DNA of 64,000 bases, from positions 32,001-96,000 of IMG/VR virus record IMGVR_UViG_3300037502_002145; one strand, 5' to 3'. Shown here one piece after another: positions 10,929-21,866 of this stretch. The notes below the pieces were generated by a model. The model was not told where the DNA came from. It saw only the letters and a program-made list of their open reading frames with translations, and made no database searches. This stretch comes from a virus. A program made the position numbers and the translations under genes. Position 1 is the stretch's first letter. Each line of letters begins with the position of its first letter.

Positions 10929-11384
10929 TTATACATTACCTAATGAGAAAATATCAATCTCACTATCACTTTCCATTTGATGTACAATTAGCTCATCATC
11001 GCATTCTACGTCAATATAACAATGATGTTCACCAAAATATTTATAACAACTATCTTCATCCATTGCTTTTTCAATTGACAAGATAATATGTGGAACATCA
11101 AATTGCTCCATATAAATTGTAATTGCATATTCTTTAGCATAGTCAACTTTATCTAAGTCTACTTTTTCAACATCAAAACAAACTTCATCAACGTTACGTA
11201 AAGATAAGAATGTCTCCAATATATTTTCAGCTAAATATTCGCCACCAAAAATAACAACAGAAGAGTATTCTCCGTCACGCATTTTATTTATGTATCTCAA
11301 TGTATCGAGTGCATCCTCTAAAAGGCAACTGTCACAACAAAAATCGATTACTTCGTATTCTGCTAGTAAATCCATATTCACCAC
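10929..11384 (-). CDS. Acidic hypothetical protein
   Basis: 151 aa ORF in the operon. Confidence 0.5.
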   Translation of the reverse strand: MVNMDLLAEYEVIDFCCDSCLLEDALDTLRYINKMRDGEYSSVVIFGGEYLAENILETFLSLRNVDEVCFDVEKVDLDKVDYAKEYAITIYMEQFDVPHIILSIEKAMDEDSCYKYFGEHHCYIDVECDDELIVHQMESDSEIDIFSLGNV

Positions 11385-11409
11385 TTTCTTGCATAATTAT
11401 GCATGTTTA

Positions 11410-12633
11410 TTAATTTAAAACTATTTTATAAGTTTCTGTATGACCGTTATAATAGTCGAATCCAAATATCTTACAAGCCGCTTTAGAGCCTCTCATAATT
11501 GAATCACTATAAGGATCGCTACCTATAAAGGAAGGGCACACTAATACTTCTGAATCACCAACAATAGATTCTCCAACAACTGTTTCAGAACCACCATGAA
11601 AATGAGCTAAGAAGATGAAGTCATAGAACTTTCTATGTAATTGACTTAAGTTCTTTAATGAATTTTTAATATCTCTTATTTGATGACCGTGTAATGCAGC
11701 ACACTCAAAATCTAGTATCGGAATATTAATATATTGCTTACCAATATTTAAATTTATTGTCACTCTATCATTACTAGCAAGAACATCTTTAATGTAGTTT
11801 GATATAACATATTCAACATCTTCAGAAACAATTTCACTTGCTTTTGTACCTAATGGTCTTGTTTGGCTATGATTGGATGTAGGTACATGATAATAATCGA
11901 TGTAACAATAAGCAGATAACTCATTTAGAAATTGAGATATTACCCTTGAAATAAACACTGTAGCCTCTACAACACTTGACTCATTTAGTTTTAAATCAGA
12001 AACTCGTAATAAACCTTGAATTGTATCACCCATTTCCACGATTTTTAACTTCGATATTCCCTTGTCTTGTACGAACTTTATTGTATCTCCTAGTAACCTA
12101 TCAAACCTATCTTTGCATATATCAAGTGAATATTGATTATTTTCACTAACAAAATTTGCTCCGGCGTGAATATCAGCAATAGTTAGAACATACTCTTTTA
12201 TTTCTTCTAATTCACATGATACAGGATATAACTCTGGAAGTGGAAGAGTAGTGATAGCATCTTTAACATTTTCATAAAACAACTCAAATCTGCTTTGTTG
12301 TCTTATATTTCTTGTATATTCAACCTTTGTAGCATTCAGTTTTTGACGTTCTTTTTCTAATTCTAATTTCTTTAATTCAATTTCTTTTATGTAAGAATCT
12401 TCTGATACATTAGACTCTTTATCACGGTTTACTATGTCAAGTGTCTGTTTACTTCCGTAAAACTCTCTACGAGCTACATCAGAACTTAATCTTTGACCAT
12501 ATGCAACTTCTGATAAATCTGTATAATCTTCATCTGATAATGTTTTATCAACTAATTTTCCATATATAATTCTTTTATGGTGTTCTAGTTCAGTTTCATT
12601 TTCTCTTCTTAATAACTCTGGATTAATAATCAC
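11410..12633 (-). CDS. Calcineurin-like metallophosphoesterase with N-terminal coiled coil (YonJ-like)
   Basis: DIH, GD, SNH, HGH and AHFH motifs. Confidence 0.8.
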   Translation of the reverse strand: MIINPELLRRENETELEHHKRIIYGKLVDKTLSDEDYTDLSEVAYGQRLSSDVARREFYGSKQTLDIVNRDKESNVSEDSYIKEIELKKLELEKERQKLNATKVEYTRNIRQQSRFELFYENVKDAITTLPLPELYPVSCELEEIKEYVLTIADIHAGANFVSENNQYSLDICKDRFDRLLGDTIKFVQDKGISKLKIVEMGDTIQGLLRVSDLKLNESSVVEATVFISRVISQFLNELSAYCYIDYYHVPTSNHSQTRPLGTKASEIVSEDVEYVISNYIKDVLASNDRVTINLNIGKQYINIPILDFECAALHGHQIRDIKNSLKNLSQLHRKFYDFIFLAHFHGGSETVVGESIVGDSEVLVCPSFIGSDPYSDSIMRGSKAACKIFGFDYYNGHTETYKIVLN

Positions 12634-12647
12634 CAGTCCCTTCTTTA

Positions 12648-12833
12648 TTAAATTTCAATTTCTTCTCTTACCTGAACAGCGAGAGATATATTTGCCCCGT
12701 TAAAGTCCTTTAATAGCTCAAGTAAATTCTTTGTTTCACCCTCAACTTCAATTGTTCCGTTATCTGTATCAATAAGACCAACTGCTGATAATTTAGTAAC
12801 AGTGGTTCTTGTATATTTGAATTCTTTAGACAT
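12648..12833 (-). CDS. YonK-like small protein
   Basis: 61 aa; LLKDFNG.NISL motif; adjacent to the YonJ-like gene as in SPbeta. Confidence 0.55.
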   Translation of the reverse strand: MSKEFKYTRTTVTKLSAVGLIDTDNGTIEVEGETKNLLELLKDFNGANISLAVQVREEIEI

Positions 12834-12926
12834 TTAAAATTCCTCCATAAATTTGTTGACTTTAGCTAGATTATGTGGTAATGTTATGTTGGATAAATAG
12901 ACTTTGAATTTGATAAAAATAAAAAA

Positions 12927-13220
12927 TTAACGATGAAATCCCATTTTGATTTTACTTTTCTTTTTATCCTCAAAATCATCATCCTCAATATAATCATATT
13001 CATCATCACCATTGTACACAAAACCCATAGCCTGAGTTGATATTTCCTCTTGTTGTGCTTGTAAATCCAATAACTCTTTATTTACTTTTAATACTGGTTT
13101 ACTTACTAATCCTTTTACATATTCCAATGAAGTAACAATAACTTCACATAATTGTTCTACCAACGGAATAAAAAGTAGTATGGTAAGCATACCTAATATA
13201 AATGATTTTAAATTTTTCAA
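12927..13220 (-). CDS. Small membrane protein
   Basis: N-terminal hydrophobic helix, acidic tail, GGAGG RBS. Confidence 0.55.
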   Translation of the reverse strand: MKNLKSFILGMLTILLFIPLVEQLCEVIVTSLEYVKGLVSKPVLKVNKELLDLQAQQEEISTQAMGFVYNGDDEYDYIEDDDFEDKKKSKIKMGFHR

Positions 13221-13248
13221 TAGGAGAGTACCTCCGTTTTCTTAATAT

Positions 13249-14232
13249 TTACTCGTTTGAGCATAATAAAAGAGAGTCTTGTCGGCTCTCAATATCGATT
13301 TCAATTATTTTTTGTTGTTCTGGATTATACCTAAAATCTCCGTATTCATCAATCTCTAATTGCTGTCTAAATTTAATAGCATCTATAAAATTATCAAAAC
13401 TACCCCTAAACTTTTTTAAAATATATACGTCATACCTATTATCATTAATTTTATATATTCCCACTGGATTATCTGGTGTACAATAGGATTGTCGTTTGTT
13501 TCTGGCATTTTCAACATCAGTTGCTATTCTTAAATTAGACTTTCTACAATCATACCTAACTAAATTTTTATGATCAACATTAACATTTTCTCTGTCTTCA
13601 ATATTCATCACTACACGATGCATTCTAATGATTTTGGTTGTATATTTATCATCCTTTAAAGAATGTGCTGTTACATATTTACCATCATACCACCATGAAT
13701 AATTTTTGATTTTATAATAATCTTCTTTATCGAAGAAAAAGTGTGTTCCATTATCGCAGTAACCAACACCATATTCATAAGTATTTAGATCGTAAGTGTT
13801 ATAATTTTTAGAAGCTTCTCCCCTTGTTTCTATGTAAATACATCCGCAAGATTTAGTTTCACCGCTTCTTAATGTTTCACCACAAACAGTATGATTGTTT
13901 CCACAATCACAAATACAGTCGTACATTAATTTTTGTCTTTTTCCTGATTTTTGTTTTGATTCTTTTATAACCGTTAATCTACCAAAGCGCTTTCCTATCA
14001 TGTCAACTTTTTTAAAAGTTTTTTTAAGTTTTGCGTTGTTTTCTTTTCTTATACAGCCACAACTTTCTGTTTTATTTGTTTTTCTTAAAAGAGATTGAGC
14101 TGCTACACTTACTTTATTTCCACAATCACATTTACACATCCAGTATGTTCTTACATTAGATTTTGGATTATCGAAATCTCGATATAACACTTCAAGCCTT
14201 CCAAACTTTTTCCCAGTTAAGTCTTTAAACAT
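13249..14232 (-). CDS. Free-standing HNH homing endonuclease with two CxCDCG repeats
   Basis: GKKFGRL..WMCKCDCGN repeated twice; MHRVVM..VDHKN..DCRKSNLR..ENARN HNH core. Confidence 0.8.
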   Translation of the reverse strand: MFKDLTGKKFGRLEVLYRDFDNPKSNVRTYWMCKCDCGNKVSVAAQSLLRKTNKTESCGCIRKENNAKLKKTFKKVDMIGKRFGRLTVIKESKQKSGKRQKLMYDCICDCGNNHTVCGETLRSGETKSCGCIYIETRGEASKNYNTYDLNTYEYGVGYCDNGTHFFFDKEDYYKIKNYSWWYDGKYVTAHSLKDDKYTTKIIRMHRVVMNIEDRENVNVDHKNLVRYDCRKSNLRIATDVENARNKRQSYCTPDNPVGIYKINDNRYDVYILKKFRGSFDNFIDAIKFRQQLEIDEYGDFRYNPEQQKIIEIDIESRQDSLLLCSNE

Positions 14233-14257
14233 ATTATCACCTATAATTTAACCTTTC

Positions 14258-14431
14258 TTATTTTTGTGCATAAAAAATCTCCAAAGCACGAAACAACTCA
14301 GGAGTTTTTGCATACTTATATGTATTTACTTCATTCAACACTTTTACAAAGTTATATCTAATACCCACACTTTCAAGATATTTCATTTCGGGTGTGTATT
14401 GCGTTGAGTATTCTTTGTCAAATTTTTTAAT
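14258..14431 (-). CDS. Small hypothetical protein, ATT start (57 aa)
   Basis: GAGGTG RBS then ATT; open frame IKKFDKEYSTQ...FYAQK fills the intergenic gap. Confidence 0.55.
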   Translation of the reverse strand: MKKFDKEYSTQYTPEMKYLESVGIRYNFVKVLNEVNTYKYAKTPELFRALEIFYAQK

Positions 14432-14441
14432 ATTATCACCT

Positions 14442-15671
14442 CTAATCCAATAAGTCAGCTAATGCAGCCGTTTCGCTACGTTCAGTTTTTATTAATTTAA
14501 CATATCCAAATTTTTCATGTCCTTTTAGTTTATTAACGGTTTCAAGCAAGCCATTATTACTTTCGAAGATATAAGTATCGGTTTGTTTAAAGTCGCCGTT
14601 TAACCAAAGAGCAGATCCTTCTCCAATACGACCAATAAGCAGCTGTACATGTTCTTTAGTCATGTTTTCAGCTTCACTACATATGATTATTGTATTCTTA
14701 TAATCTCTACCTCGTATAAAGCCTAGATGTTCAATTTCTATTTTTCCTTGCATCATAAACATGTCAAGACCATCTTTGCCACCTAAATGATCAGCCATAA
14801 TCATAGCAAAAGGTAATAATTTATCGTGCATACTTCCGGGCAAAAAGCCAATTGATTTAGTATTTTTTACTTCTATGGTATTTCTTACCCACAGTATTTT
14901 GTCATATTTACCTTGCTTTATTAATTCTAATGCATTAGATATCATTAAATAATCTTTACCTGTTCCATATTTACCGGTAAGAACTTTAATTGTCTCATTT
15001 TTATTTTGTAACATATCAAACGCTATTACTTGCTGTTCATTTCTTGGTTTAATACGACCACTAAAATCACTATTTATTTGTTTGTAAGATAGAGTGGTGT
15101 ATTTTTCTCCATCCCACCTACGCCTATCAGTTACTTCGTTTTTACTATTTTTAATAATTAAATACTCATTTAGAAGGCTGTTATATAAATTTTTATCTAT
15201 ATTGTTGTAGAAATAATTCATTTCATCATCAGACAAAATTACTTCTTTGTATCCAGCATATTCCTCTGTATTTTTTATATCTAAATCGTTAATTCCCTTA
15301 ACTTTTAAGCCGAAAATTTCTTTTGCGATGCACTTACAATTAATATCATCACTTACAAAAATTATTTGCTCTTTATCTTTATTCCACAAATATGCAGTTG
15401 CTATTATTATATTATCTGGGGATACATCGAGATTGAATGATTTTATAACATCGAAAATATCATTCGTAACTATTGAAACATTGTATTTGTCATTTTCATC
15501 TAGTAGATGTGATAACTTTCTTGCCTTGAATTTAACGTCTTCACTTTTTGTACCCGATGACTTAATTGACTCAATTTCTTGAAGCGTTTTGCTTGATATT
15601 ACAAATTCTTCATTAAATGCCTTATCTAATAGATTTAACAAGGCGTTTGTATCATAAAATAATTTAAAGAT
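14442..15671 (-). CDS. phoH: PIN-PhoH (PhoH2/YlaK-like) protein, ATC start
   Basis: PIN motifs FYDTN (upstream of the TTG in the ORF track), PDNII and SDD; PhoH motifs GKYGTGKD, GFLPG, IRGRD, EAEN, GRIG and GDFKQ. Confidence 0.85.
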   Translation of the reverse strand: MFKLFYDTNALLNLLDKAFNEEFVISSKTLQEIESIKSSGTKSEDVKFKARKLSHLLDENDKYNVSIVTNDIFDVIKSFNLDVSPDNIIIATAYLWNKDKEQIIFVSDDINCKCIAKEIFGLKVKGINDLDIKNTEEYAGYKEVILSDDEMNYFYNNIDKNLYNSLLNEYLIIKNSKNEVTDRRRWDGEKYTTLSYKQINSDFSGRIKPRNEQQVIAFDMLQNKNETIKVLTGKYGTGKDYLMISNALELIKQGKYDKILWVRNTIEVKNTKSIGFLPGSMHDKLLPFAMIMADHLGGKDGLDMFMMQGKIEIEHLGFIRGRDYKNTIIICSEAENMTKEHVQLLIGRIGEGSALWLNGDFKQTDTYIFESNNGLLETVNKLKGHEKFGYVKLIKTERSETAALADLLD

Positions 15672-15703
15672 AGTAATAACCCTCTTTCCATAATGTATTT
15701 TTG

Positions 15704-15865
15704 TTATTTAACTATGATTGATTTTCTGTACTTCTCTAAAAACTGTAATACACTTTGTTTCTCTACCACCAGTTTACGATGATATGTTCCGTGGCCACAT
15801 ATAACATATTTAGCCATACCATTTGATCTTAAAACTTCTGCTTCTTTGTCTGTAATAGGTTTTAT
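15704..15865 (-). CDS. Small hypothetical protein, ATA start (53 aa)
   Basis: GAAGGA RBS then ATA; open frame IKPITDKEAEVLRS...SIIVK. Confidence 0.45.
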   Translation of the reverse strand: MKPITDKEAEVLRSNGMAKYVICGHGTYHRKLVVEKQSVLQFLEKYRKSIIVK

Positions 15866-15911
15866 AAATTATTCCTTCTTTCTTTTTAAATTTTCTCACG
15901 ATAGGAGAGAG

Positions 15912-15995
15912 CGGAAGATGAGGGAATTGAACCCCCAGTACTGTTACGTATCACTAGATTTCAAGTCTAGCTCCTTACCATTAGGATAACCTTCC
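15912..15995 (-). tRNA. tRNA-Ser(UGA)
   Basis: GGAAGGT/ATCTTCC acceptor stem, D loop TAATGGTAA, anticodon arm CTAGA-CTTGAAA-TCTAG, long variable arm, GGTTCAATTCC T arm, G discriminator; CCA not encoded. Confidence 0.9.
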
Positions 15996-16407
15996 ATAAT
16001 AAAAAGACTCCCATTTCTGAGAGTCCTTATTGTTGGGATTTCACTCCCTAATTGCACTATGTTGAGATTTCAGTCTCGATTCTTTGTTTAAAAACCGGTA
16101 AATGCATTACATAAACCGTGGTCTTATTCTACACATGGTAGAAAAGATAATATCTTAACTGTAAGTCCGGAGAGCATTACAGTGTGATCCGCTTTTATTG
16201 CAGTGAGCATGTTGTATTTAGCACCACACCCACTGCGAGAGGAGAGTATATGAAAATCTTATGTAGACTTGAAGTTGAATGAAAGAGATGTTTTATAGTT
16301 TTATATTAATATTCTATATCATAAGTTAAGAAAAAATATAATGCGTGTAAACCCAGTAAAATCAAGGGTTATAGCGATTTTAACTTTTTAAAACAACTGA
16401 CCACAAA

Positions 16408-17364
16408 TTATTGATTTTCACGTATTTTACGCATAGTTTCTGTTTTTTTCTTTCTGCGATATGTCTTATAACATTCATCACATCTTGTTTTTGTCATGTT
16501 TCTTGCATCTACTTCAACTTTTACACCACAATCAGTGCATTGTATCTCTTTGGTTTCAATAGGAATATAATATTGTTTATGCTCACTGCAATATAATATA
16601 TCATGTTTCGTTTGTTTAAATGGTTGATTACAGTGCTTACATAGTTTTATATTAATTACATTGCTGTAAAAATCATAGTACCAGCCTATATTATCAAAGT
16701 TTTTAATAGTTATACAGACGTTACAATCATTGCCTGTCTTGCTTTCTTTTAAATTATTCAAATCATCCATGAAATTTAGTTTAATTAAACCATTGAACAA
16801 TACAGTAATTATCCCTGACTGCCCAAGTGAGTATATTATATCATCATTAATTTTAATTTTATCATTAATTTTTGATGCTTTTTTTAGATCATTATATTTT
16901 TTATTTCCGCCTTTAAAATATAACCCTTTTGATTCTTCACCGTTTTTTTGTTTACTTATATGTTTATTTAATTTCATTAGACACAATAAAGTAAAAACTA
17001 CTTTTTTGCAATCGTAACTAAATTTTACAATTTCACCATCTTCGTTACATATCTGCAAAGTATCAATATAAGCAAGTTCATAATCATAAACAGTAATTTC
17101 ATCAACCTTTATTAATGCGCTACCTTTTTTGCAGGCTTGATTTATTGCTCTGTTTATAATCTTATAGTGCTTAACTTTATTATATTCAGGTATGTATTTA
17201 CTACAAAAGTTATACATGACCTCTCTCAAGTCTTTTGGTTTATAATTTAAATATCTACGTAAGTATGTAGCAACCAATCTTAATTCTGTTACAATGTGTT
17301 TAGTTTGAAACCCATTTTCGTATATCGTCTTTGCATACTCTAATTCGTTATATTTGTAGTTCAT
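16408..17364 (-). CDS. Hypothetical protein with C-terminal Zn ribbons, co-transcribed with the RNAP gene
   Basis: 318 aa with several CxxC pairs; starts 1 nt after the RNAP stop. Confidence 0.6.
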   Translation of the reverse strand: MNYKYNELEYAKTIYENGFQTKHIVTELRLVATYLRRYLNYKPKDLREVMYNFCSKYIPEYNKVKHYKIINRAINQACKKGSALIKVDEITVYDYELAYIDTLQICNEDGEIVKFSYDCKKVVFTLLCLMKLNKHISKQKNGEESKGLYFKGGNKKYNDLKKASKINDKIKINDDIIYSLGQSGIITVLFNGLIKLNFMDDLNNLKESKTGNDCNVCITIKNFDNIGWYYDFYSNVINIKLCKHCNQPFKQTKHDILYCSEHKQYYIPIETKEIQCTDCGVKVEVDARNMTKTRCDECYKTYRRKKKTETMRKIRENQ

Positions 17365-17365
17365 T

Positions 17366-20281
17366 TTATATAGTTACCTCCTTCAATGTATAATTGTAAC
17401 CTAGATAGCTTAAATCTACTGTATCTCCAGTATTAGATTGAAATGGAAATAATACAGATGATTTATTTGTATTCTGCTTAATATTGTTGTATATTATTTT
17501 CCCATATGTAGACCACAACAAATCCTTATTACTAGAAGGCTTTTCTTTATAAAAGTAATCTACTAAACAGTTTACGATAATAATTTGATTACTACACACA
17601 TTCTTTAACCTATCGTAAAGGTTATCTGAATCAATTTTATATTCTTCGACTACATTTGATATGTCTTCAGCTTCATTTTCGTCGTCGCTTATTGATTGTT
17701 TGTCAAACTTTTTACTAACCATAAAGCTTTTTAATTCTTCTACGACTTTATCGTAATACTTCGCATATTCAAATGATTCATTTTTATACAATCTGTACAC
17801 TTCTTCATCTGTTTTAATTTTTGTGTGTTGAGATATATCAAAGTTAATCCCCTCAATATATTCGCATAATAAGTTCATAGAACTTTCACTATGTATTACA
17901 GGAGAGTGAGCATAAAAGTTATTTATAAATTCTTTTTGTATCTTAGTCTTTCTATTGAGATTTTTTAAGTCGCTAAATGGCATTTGAAATTTTTGTCTAC
18001 ATGTTATATCGTACTCTTCATAATATTTTTTATATTGTCTATTTGTGTCTTTATAAACATATCTAAAAAAATAAGGATATTTGTCTAGTAAAATGTTGTT
18101 ATACAATTGTTTTTTTCTTAATTTTCTACATTTGGTTAATTTTTTTGGATTCTTTGGTAATTTAATATAATTAACCCAAACCTTAGGGATACCCTTTACT
18201 GCCTTGCCTATTTTAGCCTTATCTATCTGAGCTGATTGAGCTTTACAGCATTGTTGAAGTCTGGACTTTAATAACTTATATTCAGTACTTTCAATACCAT
18301 ATTTTTTAATGATGTTTGGCAATAGAGCATATCCGTTACTTGATTTATTTGTTATAGACCCTATAATTGAACCAAATGAAAAAGTGTCTGATTCATATAA
18401 ATCTGCATCTGTAAATTTAATTTTCTTTGGTTTTGGAGCATCATATACGACTGGCAACTCATCTTTATAAACGTTATTCAATATACTTTTGTGAGATACT
18501 GTTGCTAAAATATCCATATCAAAATCACAGCCCGCGAAATTAACACATTCGTGACCAAAATAATTTAAAATAATTCCCAGTTCACAGTATTTATACCACT
18601 TGTTCACCTCATCGTCGTCTCTCAGGTTTAATATCACATGTTCAGACATATAGGTGAGAGGTGATCTCATTGCGTCTACTTGTTTTATATTTCTTTTGTT
18701 CCAATAATTAGAATAATATTCACCTTTTTTGAGTAAACCAGTTACTTCTAAGCCACAAACGTGTTGCATAAAGCCAAATGGATCAGATACAATAACTTGA
18801 AAATTTCCATCTACATAAATATCACCCTTACATGCGTTTTCAATTTTATGTCTAATCAAATCACGTATTTTTGAGCGTACATATTTATCACTTTTGATAT
18901 CATGATTAACAATTAAACTTTTAACTAAATAATTATCACTACTTGATAAAAAGTTGTTGATTTTATCGTTATCGTTGTTTACACCTAATAAAAATAGTAG
19001 CATGTAATAAACATTATCATAAGACACACCATTTATCCAGTCGACAAATTGACTTGCTAAATTCTCTACATCTTCTTTTGATAAATTTAATGTTTGTATA
19101 AACTGATAATTTAATTTCATCATATGCTTAGCTGCTTTTGGTGTATGAAGAGCGACCCCCCAATACAACTTATTCTTATGGCAATTATTAATGTATTCTT
19201 CCAGTGAATTGTAGCTATCCCATAATTTAAATTGTGATTCTGTAATTATAACTTCATAATCTCTTAAATCAGCTTTTATATAGTTACCATCATCACCTTT
19301 GTATATAGTGTCTACAATATAACTGCCATTATTAACTTCTTCGCAAAAATCATGAATAGGAAAAACACACAACATTCCTTTCATAAAACTTTGTCGTATA
19401 CAAAACTGAGAAGGGACATAGTCCAAACCTAAATCTTTAGCCCATATAGAAGCCTGTTTTGGAGATATTAAACCCATCCCATCAGTTCTATTCATTTTCA
19501 TATCTTTAATCTCTTTTTGTATTATGGTGTCATCAACATTCCAACCATTTTCAATTACGTAATTTGCTGTAAAGGTGTCAGTATTCTCAAAATCTTTAAC
19601 AACAATAAACTTAGGTTCACTAACAATCTTTGTCGCAGATCCGTACAAGCCAAAGTATGCATTAAATTTGCTTGGTGAAAATGATTTTTCTTTATTTCTG
19701 CCATTATCAAGTCTTTCTTTTACTAAATCAATTATTTCCGTATTGCAGAATATAACAGTAGATACTCTAGCTTGACTAGCAGAACAACTTAATCGTTTAT
19801 ATTCCTTGCCATTAATTATGAATCCGTTTTTATAGAGGTGGTCATATTGTTTTAGATTATCCATCACTACAACAACATAATCTTCAATAAACATTGTACG
19901 ATTAATTTTATCTTGAATTCTTTGAGCTTCATTGTTATAAACAGTTACGTCAAGGTACTTATTTTTCAATCTTTCAATTATCTTAGAATTGTTATTTACT
20001 TTTTTTATTTTGTTATTTATGATTTCTGTATATTTATTGTTTCTTTGTTGATATGTATTAGAATATTTATAATGATCACGAATTTTTATCAATAACTCTA
20101 TTTTTTTTCTGTCTACGCACTTATTTCTTATATCTCTTATAGTGCGTAGTATCTGATTATCAGAAAGTCCTATTATTTCTTTAAGATCTTTTGATTCATT
20201 AAATGTATTATTAATATTGTAGTCAAATTCTTTTAATCTACCTGAATGAAATTTACGCACATATAATGGTCTATTTGTCAT
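17366..20281 (-). CDS. YonO-like single-subunit DNA-dependent RNA polymerase (two-barrel, RdRP-related)
   Basis: TDGMGLIS, QFCIR..KGML, RSP, and GCDFDMD metal-binding motif; IDKAK; GGAGG RBS before ATG 20281. Confidence 0.85.
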   Translation of the reverse strand: MTNRPLYVRKFHSGRLKEFDYNINNTFNESKDLKEIIGLSDNQILRTIRDIRNKCVDRKKIELLIKIRDHYKYSNTYQQRNNKYTEIINNKIKKVNNNSKIIERLKNKYLDVTVYNNEAQRIQDKINRTMFIEDYVVVVMDNLKQYDHLYKNGFIINGKEYKRLSCSASQARVSTVIFCNTEIIDLVKERLDNGRNKEKSFSPSKFNAYFGLYGSATKIVSEPKFIVVKDFENTDTFTANYVIENGWNVDDTIIQKEIKDMKMNRTDGMGLISPKQASIWAKDLGLDYVPSQFCIRQSFMKGMLCVFPIHDFCEEVNNGSYIVDTIYKGDDGNYIKADLRDYEVIITESQFKLWDSYNSLEEYINNCHKNKLYWGVALHTPKAAKHMMKLNYQFIQTLNLSKEDVENLASQFVDWINGVSYDNVYYMLLFLLGVNNDNDKINNFLSSSDNYLVKSLIVNHDIKSDKYVRSKIRDLIRHKIENACKGDIYVDGNFQVIVSDPFGFMQHVCGLEVTGLLKKGEYYSNYWNKRNIKQVDAMRSPLTYMSEHVILNLRDDDEVNKWYKYCELGIILNYFGHECVNFAGCDFDMDILATVSHKSILNNVYKDELPVVYDAPKPKKIKFTDADLYESDTFSFGSIIGSITNKSSNGYALLPNIIKKYGIESTEYKLLKSRLQQCCKAQSAQIDKAKIGKAVKGIPKVWVNYIKLPKNPKKLTKCRKLRKKQLYNNILLDKYPYFFRYVYKDTNRQYKKYYEEYDITCRQKFQMPFSDLKNLNRKTKIQKEFINNFYAHSPVIHSESSMNLLCEYIEGINFDISQHTKIKTDEEVYRLYKNESFEYAKYYDKVVEELKSFMVSKKFDKQSISDDENEAEDISNVVEEYKIDSDNLYDRLKNVCSNQIIIVNCLVDYFYKEKPSSNKDLLWSTYGKIIYNNIKQNTNKSSVLFPFQSNTGDTVDLSYLGYNYTLKEVTI

Positions 20282-20371
20282 TAGATTTACCTCCAATTCT
20301 CCTTAAATATTATTTGTTTATTTAATGCCATTATCAAACCTCCAATTTCTTTGTTAGATATATTTAAAGTT

Positions 20372-20638
20372 TTATATTAGTTTCGTTTTAGCTTGTTCTT
20401 CTAAAACCTTAAAAATATAATTTACTTTTCCATATGAACTTGTGATAGTAGCAATTCTTTTAATTAAATATGATTTATAATCTTCATAAATGGTCAATAA
20501 AAGAGATAAATCATAATTTTGTGTTAAAATTTTTATTTTCTTACCAACGTATCCATTCAGTGCCGTATTATTATTTAATAATTCCTCTATAATACCCTTA
20601 TGTAGTTGAATTCTTAATTCTTTATTTACGTTATCCAT
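20372..20638 (-). CDS. Hypothetical protein
   Basis: 88 aa with AAGGAG RBS. Confidence 0.5.
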   Translation of the reverse strand: MDNVNKELRIQLHKGIIEELLNNNTALNGYVGKKIKILTQNYDLSLLLTIYEDYKSYLIKRIATITSSYGKVNYIFKVLEEQAKTKLI

Positions 20639-20651
20639 TAACTCTCTCCTT

Positions 20652-21866
20652 TTAATGTTTTATATTAGTGCCGTTAGATACTTCATCAATCCATTGTATA
20701 AGTAGTTTTCTCATTCTACTACTTGGTATGTATAACCAAATTTCTTTATTTTCTCTTATTGCAGATCTCCATATAAACTGTAGCATTTCACTTACGGCAT
20801 AAGCATCTTCCTCAACAGTAATACCATTCTGTGTAAAGAAATTCTTAATGCAAGGATTAAAATATTTGTTAATCAAGTAAGCAACAGCAATTCTATCTCT
20901 ATATTCATTTGTTGCTCTAACATTGGAAGATACAAAGCCTTTGGCATAACCTTTACCTGCTACCAATGGTTTAAATTTTTTGAACGTAGTCCATAAGTTT
21001 TCACTTGATTTTGTTTTTGTATAATTCTTAAAATAATTACCGGTTGCATTCTTTAGTTGTTTCATTAATTGATTATTCTGATTCCTTAAATACCAAGTTT
21101 TTGAGAGGGATGATTCCATATCTCCTATACGATTAAGCTTTGCATTATCGCAAATATGTATTAATTTATTATAATCAGGTACTTTGTAATCAACAACCTC
21201 AGTAGTAAACTCATAGTTGTTTATATTGTCGCCCTTAATGTACAAATATGTATACTCAACCCCGTAGTAGTCATAGTAATACTTTTGAGTTTGAGCATTG
21301 AACATGTAGGTTAATATATAAATATTTCTAAATGCTCTAAAAGTAGTAATAGGGAACAACCACAACATAGCAACATCACTATATATGGCTAAACAATGTA
21401 AATCACATAACCTTTTTTCATCTTGAAATTTACCATCGTAATCTTTAGCATGCCAATTTAATAATCCATTCTCATCAACATGAACATATTTGTCTAGCAT
21501 AGTGTTTAAATCATCTTTAGATATCTCGTATGGTTCTATGACATCAGCCACCTCATCCATAATTAACGTATAATTATTAGCATAAGCAAGATCAATTATT
21601 TCTTCATCAAACATACTAAACAGTGAATGAGTAGATACAATATTGTATCCTTTCTCAAACAGATGTTTAATACCATTTAATTTACTTCCATATGTCTCTG
21701 GTTGTTTAAAATTTTTATTAACACAACTAGTCATTATTCTTTTTACTTCTGTCAGATATGGGGTTATGTATAAAAACTTTACATCATCATCTGAATTGTT
21801 AATAAAGTTTATACTACTGCTGGTCTTACCAGCTCCCATAACTGCATCAATTACATTTACATTCAT
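20652..21866 (-). CDS. SF2 helicase-like protein (YonV-like)
   Basis: Walker A MGAGKT, IMDEV, LTYMF, ATNEY and QFIWRSAIR motifs. Confidence 0.75.
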   Translation of the reverse strand: MNVNVIDAVMGAGKTSSSINFINNSDDDVKFLYITPYLTEVKRIMTSCVNKNFKQPETYGSKLNGIKHLFEKGYNIVSTHSLFSMFDEEIIDLAYANNYTLIMDEVADVIEPYEISKDDLNTMLDKYVHVDENGLLNWHAKDYDGKFQDEKRLCDLHCLAIYSDVAMLWLFPITTFRAFRNIYILTYMFNAQTQKYYYDYYGVEYTYLYIKGDNINNYEFTTEVVDYKVPDYNKLIHICDNAKLNRIGDMESSLSKTWYLRNQNNQLMKQLKNATGNYFKNYTKTKSSENLWTTFKKFKPLVAGKGYAKGFVSSNVRATNEYRDRIAVAYLINKYFNPCIKNFFTQNGITVEEDAYAVSEMLQFIWRSAIRENKEIWLYIPSSRMRKLLIQWIDEVSNGTNIKH

